The notes beneath the pieces were generated by a model. It saw only the letters and a program-made list of their open reading frames with translations, was not told where the DNA came from and searched no databases. Both the position numbers and the translations under genes were made by a program. From Chloroflexota bacterium (GTDB taxonomy: Bacteria; Chloroflexota; Anaerolineae; UBA2200), in the NCBI GenBank assembly GCA_014360905.1, contig JACIWW010000012.1, positions 8,011-72,010 of the forward strand: a stretch of 64,000 nt of DNA, read 5' to 3'. Positions 60,001 to 64,000 of the stretch are shown piece by piece. The stretch's first letter is position 1, and each line of letters opens with the position of its first letter.

Positions 60001-63000
60001 CTGTAGGTCCCTAGTTGCAGACACTCGATCCGAGGATAGGATACTGAAAGAATCGGCAAAAATGTCGCTCGTCAGTCACGGTTATAAGTTGCAGACACTC
60101 GATCCGAGGATAGGATACTGAAAGCGAGGTAAATTCGTGGTGCCGTGGGCTTTATCTCGAGTTGCAGACACTCGATCCGAGGATAGGATACTGAAAGGAA
60201 TACTGTGAATATTATGCACATTGCAGGAGGTAAAGTTGCAGACACTCGATCCGAGGATAGGATACTGAAAGTTTCATAACTGCCAGTGGTAGTTGTAAGC
60301 CGCGTCAGAGTTGCAGACACTCGATCCGAGGATAGGATACTGAAAGCCCGAGTTGCCTTTCGTGAACGTACTACCTTGCGCTAGTTGCAGACACTCGATC
60401 CGAGGATAGGATACTGAAAGAGACAACAAGCCTGGCGAGACATGGACCACGCTGAAGTTGCAGACACTCGATCCGAGGATAGGATACTGAAAGAGTCTTT
60501 GATGTGGTTTTCCACTAGCATCTTGACATCGTTGCAGACACTCGATCCGAGGATAGGATACTGAAAGCTCTGGCTATGCAGGTAGCCACTCACACAGCGT
60601 GGCAGTTGCAGACACTCGATCCGAGGATAGGATACTGAAAGCTGAGTTTTCCGATAACGCCCGCACATAATCATCGGTTGCAGACACTCGATCCGAGGAT
60701 AGGATACTGAAAGTCTTGCAACAATGCGCGCCAATGTGGTCTTGCCGCAGTTGCAGACACTCGATCCGAGGATAGGATACTGAAAGTCGTAAGCAGGCTG
60801 TAGTGCTTTTTCTCATCCTACAGTTGCAGACACTCGATCCGAGGATAGGATACTGAAAGCGTTGTCACCTAAGGGCATGATGGCATTAATTCAGCGTTGC
60901 AGACACTCGATCCGAGGATAGGATACTGAAAGCGAATCTGGCGCACTTGCATTGTATCGCCACTAATTGTTGCAGACACTCGATCCGAGGATAGGATACT
61001 GAAAGGTTCAGCGTCTGCAATTTGGACTAAGAGTTCAGCGTCGTTGCAGACACTCGATCCGAGGATAGGATACTGAAAGTTCCCCAGGCGGAGGCGATTG
61101 GCGCGGCTGAGGAAGTGTTGCAGACACTCGATCCGAGGATAGGATACTGAAAGCTGTGCGATCGCCGAACTAGAACACAACAGCCAGGTTATGTTGCAGA
61201 CACTCGATCCGAGGATAGGATACTGAAAGGTGAAATCCCAAAGCATTTTGTTTATCGCATCCGCAAGTTGCAGACACTCGATCCGAGGATAGGATACTGA
61301 AAGGCACTTGCGCGGTGCAGATCCGCACTCATTGAATGGGAGTTGCAGACACTCGATCCGAGGATAGGATACTGAAAGTGTCTGGGTGACGCTCGTCTTT
61401 CACCATGTACGGCAAGTTGCAGACACTCGATCCGAGGATAGGATACTGAAAGCTTGCCCCCGCAAATCTTCACTGTTTTCTTTCACGTGTTGCAGACACT
61501 CGATCCGAGGATAGGATACTGAAAGCAAAGAACCGTCGCGCCTATCGCGCACCCAGCCGTTGAGTTGCAGACACTCGATCCGAGGATAGGATACTGAAAG
61601 GCCGTAAATCTATGATTGCATCCATGATTTCACGATTGTTGCAGACACTCGATCCGAGGATAGGATACTGAAAGCGGCAAAAAAGCAGCGGAAATCAATC
61701 CCCTACGCGAGAGTTGCAGACACTCGATCCGAGGATAGGATACTGAAAGACCGTCTCCACGCCAGCGACTAAAAAGTCAACGCTAAGTTGCAGACACTCG
61801 ATCCGAGGATAGGATACTGAAAGTTGATGATGCGCCAAAGTGGGAGTGCAACATTAGATGTTGCAGACACTCGATCCGAGGATAGGATACTGAAAGACAA
61901 TGCGCAACTTCAGTGGCTCATCGGTACTGCGGAGTTGCAGACACTCGATCCGAGGATAGGATACTGAAAGGTTCATTCACTCGGCGCGAGTAGCCAAGCG
62001 ACAAGAGTTGCAGACACTCGATCCGAGGATAGGATACTGAAAGGTGAGCTTCCGGTAGTAGCTCAATAGCCGACAGCCACAGTTGCAGACACTCGATCCG
62101 AGGATAGGATACTGAAAGGCGATGTTGCAAATCCCTAGTGCAGGGTCATCAAAGTAAGTTGCAGACACTCGATCCGAGGATAGGATACTGAAAGCCTGAT
62201 TCCATGGGACTTCAGCAGCTTCACTGTATCTGTTGCAGACACTCGATCCGAGGATAGGATACTGAAAGGTCGGGGGAGTGTGAACGGTCGGACCGTGAGA
62301 AACTTGTTGCAGACACTCGATCCGAGGATAGGATACTGAAAGAAAGCAAACAGGTTTTTCACCACCCAGTCGTTCATGTGGTTGCAGACACTCGATCCGA
62401 GGATAGGATACTGAAAGAATGACACCCTCCACTCGCTGGAAATTGAACTGGGCGAGTTGCAGACACTCGATCCGAGGATAGGATACTGAAAGATCACTTT
62501 AAGTCTCTGCTGGCCAAAGGTATTGTTCAAGTTGCAGACACTCGATCCGAGGATAGGATACTGAAAGTTCTCTTGGCTACCTCCAATCGCTGTTCGGCGG
62601 GGAGTTGCAGACACTCGATCCGAGGATAGGATACTGAAAGGACTACGATGGGGGAGCGAGGACAGTATCCACTGGTTCCAGTTGCAGACACTCGATCCGA
62701 GGATAGGATACTGAAAGGCTGCTGAAAATCCTGCAGGTACAACAATTACAATCGTTGCAGACACTCGATCCGAGGATAGGATACTGAAAGCTTTCCACGG
62801 TCAAATTGATGTCCAGGCATACAGAAGTTGCAGACACTCGATCCGAGGATAGGATACTGAAAGCTCTGCAGTGCCGCCCTAAATTGGGCTTCGGTCGGTT
62901 GTTGCAGACACTCGATCCGAGGATAGGATACTGAAAGAATATGGCTCGCCTGCAAATGCCTCAAAACCTCCCAGTTGCAGACACTCGATCCGAGGATAGG

Positions 63001-64000
63001 ATACTGAAAGCCTTTCTCCATTGCCTATGCCTGGTTGGGGCGGCGAGGGTTGCAGACACTCGATCCGAGGATAGGATACTGAAAGCTTGCTAAACTTCTA
63101 GAAGCCCAAATACTTGCAGAGAAGTTGCAGACACTCGATCCGAGGATAGGATACTGAAAGTCATCAGAGAAGCCCGCCTTGGCTAGTTCAGTTCGCAAAG
63201 TTGCAGACACTCGATCCGAGGATAGGATACTGAAAGTACTTGCTGTACCTAAACTTTGCCATGATGTCAAACCAGGTTGCAGACACTCGATCCGAGGATA
63301 GGATACTGAAAGTTTCGTCTGGGCTGGGCTTTGTTTTACCGTGTCAGAAATAGTTGCAGACACTCGATCCGAGGATAGGATACTGAAAGGCGTTTTGAGA
63401 CGAACCAGGCGCACACAATCTGATGCGTTGCAGACATTCGATCCGAGGATAGGATACTGAAAGCACGCCATTTTGCATACACGCCGTAGTCTTGGGCATA
63501 GAGTTGCAGACACTCGATCCGAGGATAGGATACTGAAAGCCGCCAGGTCATTTGGCTCCCCTCCCAGCAAGATTGGTTGCAGACACTCGATCCGAGGATA
63601 GGATACTGAAAGACGACTGCGCCATACTTGACCAAGGGCGAGGATGGGGTTGCAGACACTCGATCCGAGGATAGGATACTGAAAGGCAGAGAGGAACACA
63701 AGCGGCAATTAGCATGCCCAAAGTTGCAGACACTCGATCCGAGGATAGGATACTGAAAGTAACTTTGTAAATGACCTTGCAGACCCTTCACCAAGGTTGC
63801 AGACACTCGATCCGAGGATAGGATACTGAAAGCCTCTTCTGTAGTGTCTGCAACTTTGGCTAGGAAGTCAAGTTGCAGACACTCGATCCGAGGATAGGAT
63901 ACTGAAAGGCATATCCGAAGCCCGTGCACGTGCACTTCTGGAGCAGTTGCAGACACTCGATCCGAGGATAGGATACTGAAAGGTGATCTCCAGGGCCGGG
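54018..64000 (+). CRISPR. CRISPR array, 37-bp repeat GTTGCAGACACTCGATCCGAGGATAGGATACTGAAAG; 135 repeats and 134 complete spacers (33-40 bp) by manual count, truncated at the right edge
   Basis: Invariant repeat at ~74-bp period, with one variant (C>T at 63437). The ATCC/GGAT hairpin directly before the 8-nt ACTGAAAG handle supports + orientation. Confidence 0.98.

Noticed and set aside
61006..61042. Spacer with a 10-nt direct repeat at both ends (GTTCAGCGTC)
   Set aside because: Explained by a coding repeat (DAE...DAE) in the source; single instance.
53905..63956. Many minus-strand ORFs with LSVSYPRIECLQ / FQYPILGSSVCN repeats
   Set aside because: Translations of the CRISPR repeat, not genes.

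Overview
A ~58% GC bacterial chromosomal segment. Thr/Pro-rich lipoprotein linkers, the Tat lipoprotein style and the CRISPR repeat type suggest Chloroflexota (Anaerolineae-like), which is an inference. From left to right: (1) the 5' part of a large secreted BNR-propeller/beta-helix protein gene running off the left edge; (2) a small Tat protein, an MFS transporter and a PAS + ABC-2 exporter operon; (3) an XPB helicase operon with two large partner proteins carrying XPB-N/Helicase_C_3-like domains, one also with a SWIM finger; (4) a redox island behind a Moco/Tuco-like riboswitch, containing a Tat-lipoprotein ferredoxin, a tungsten AOR-family enzyme, a ThiF protein, a membrane protein, a Tat-lipoprotein reductive dehalogenase, NuoE/NuoF (HydC/HydB-like), an unusual NuoG-N::NapH::NapG-like fusion and tatAB; (5) esterases, pstSCABB-phoU, a flavodoxin-like protein, a UroD-family protein and a beta-propeller lipoprotein; (6) a type I-D CRISPR-Cas locus (WYL, cas10d, a stand-alone cas11-like gene, cas7d, cas5d, cas3', an intercalated REP-associated tyrosine transposase, cas6, cas1, cas2, cas4) followed by an array of 135 repeats by manual count (37 bp) that runs off the right edge. 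Intergenic regions carry mosaic REP-like palindromic repeats. The most unusual items are the redox island wiring, the split cas10d/cas11 arrangement, the RAYT with an amplified internal REP inside the cas operon, and the repeat-like sequence in the leader. All calls are from motif recognition by eye; no database searches were run.
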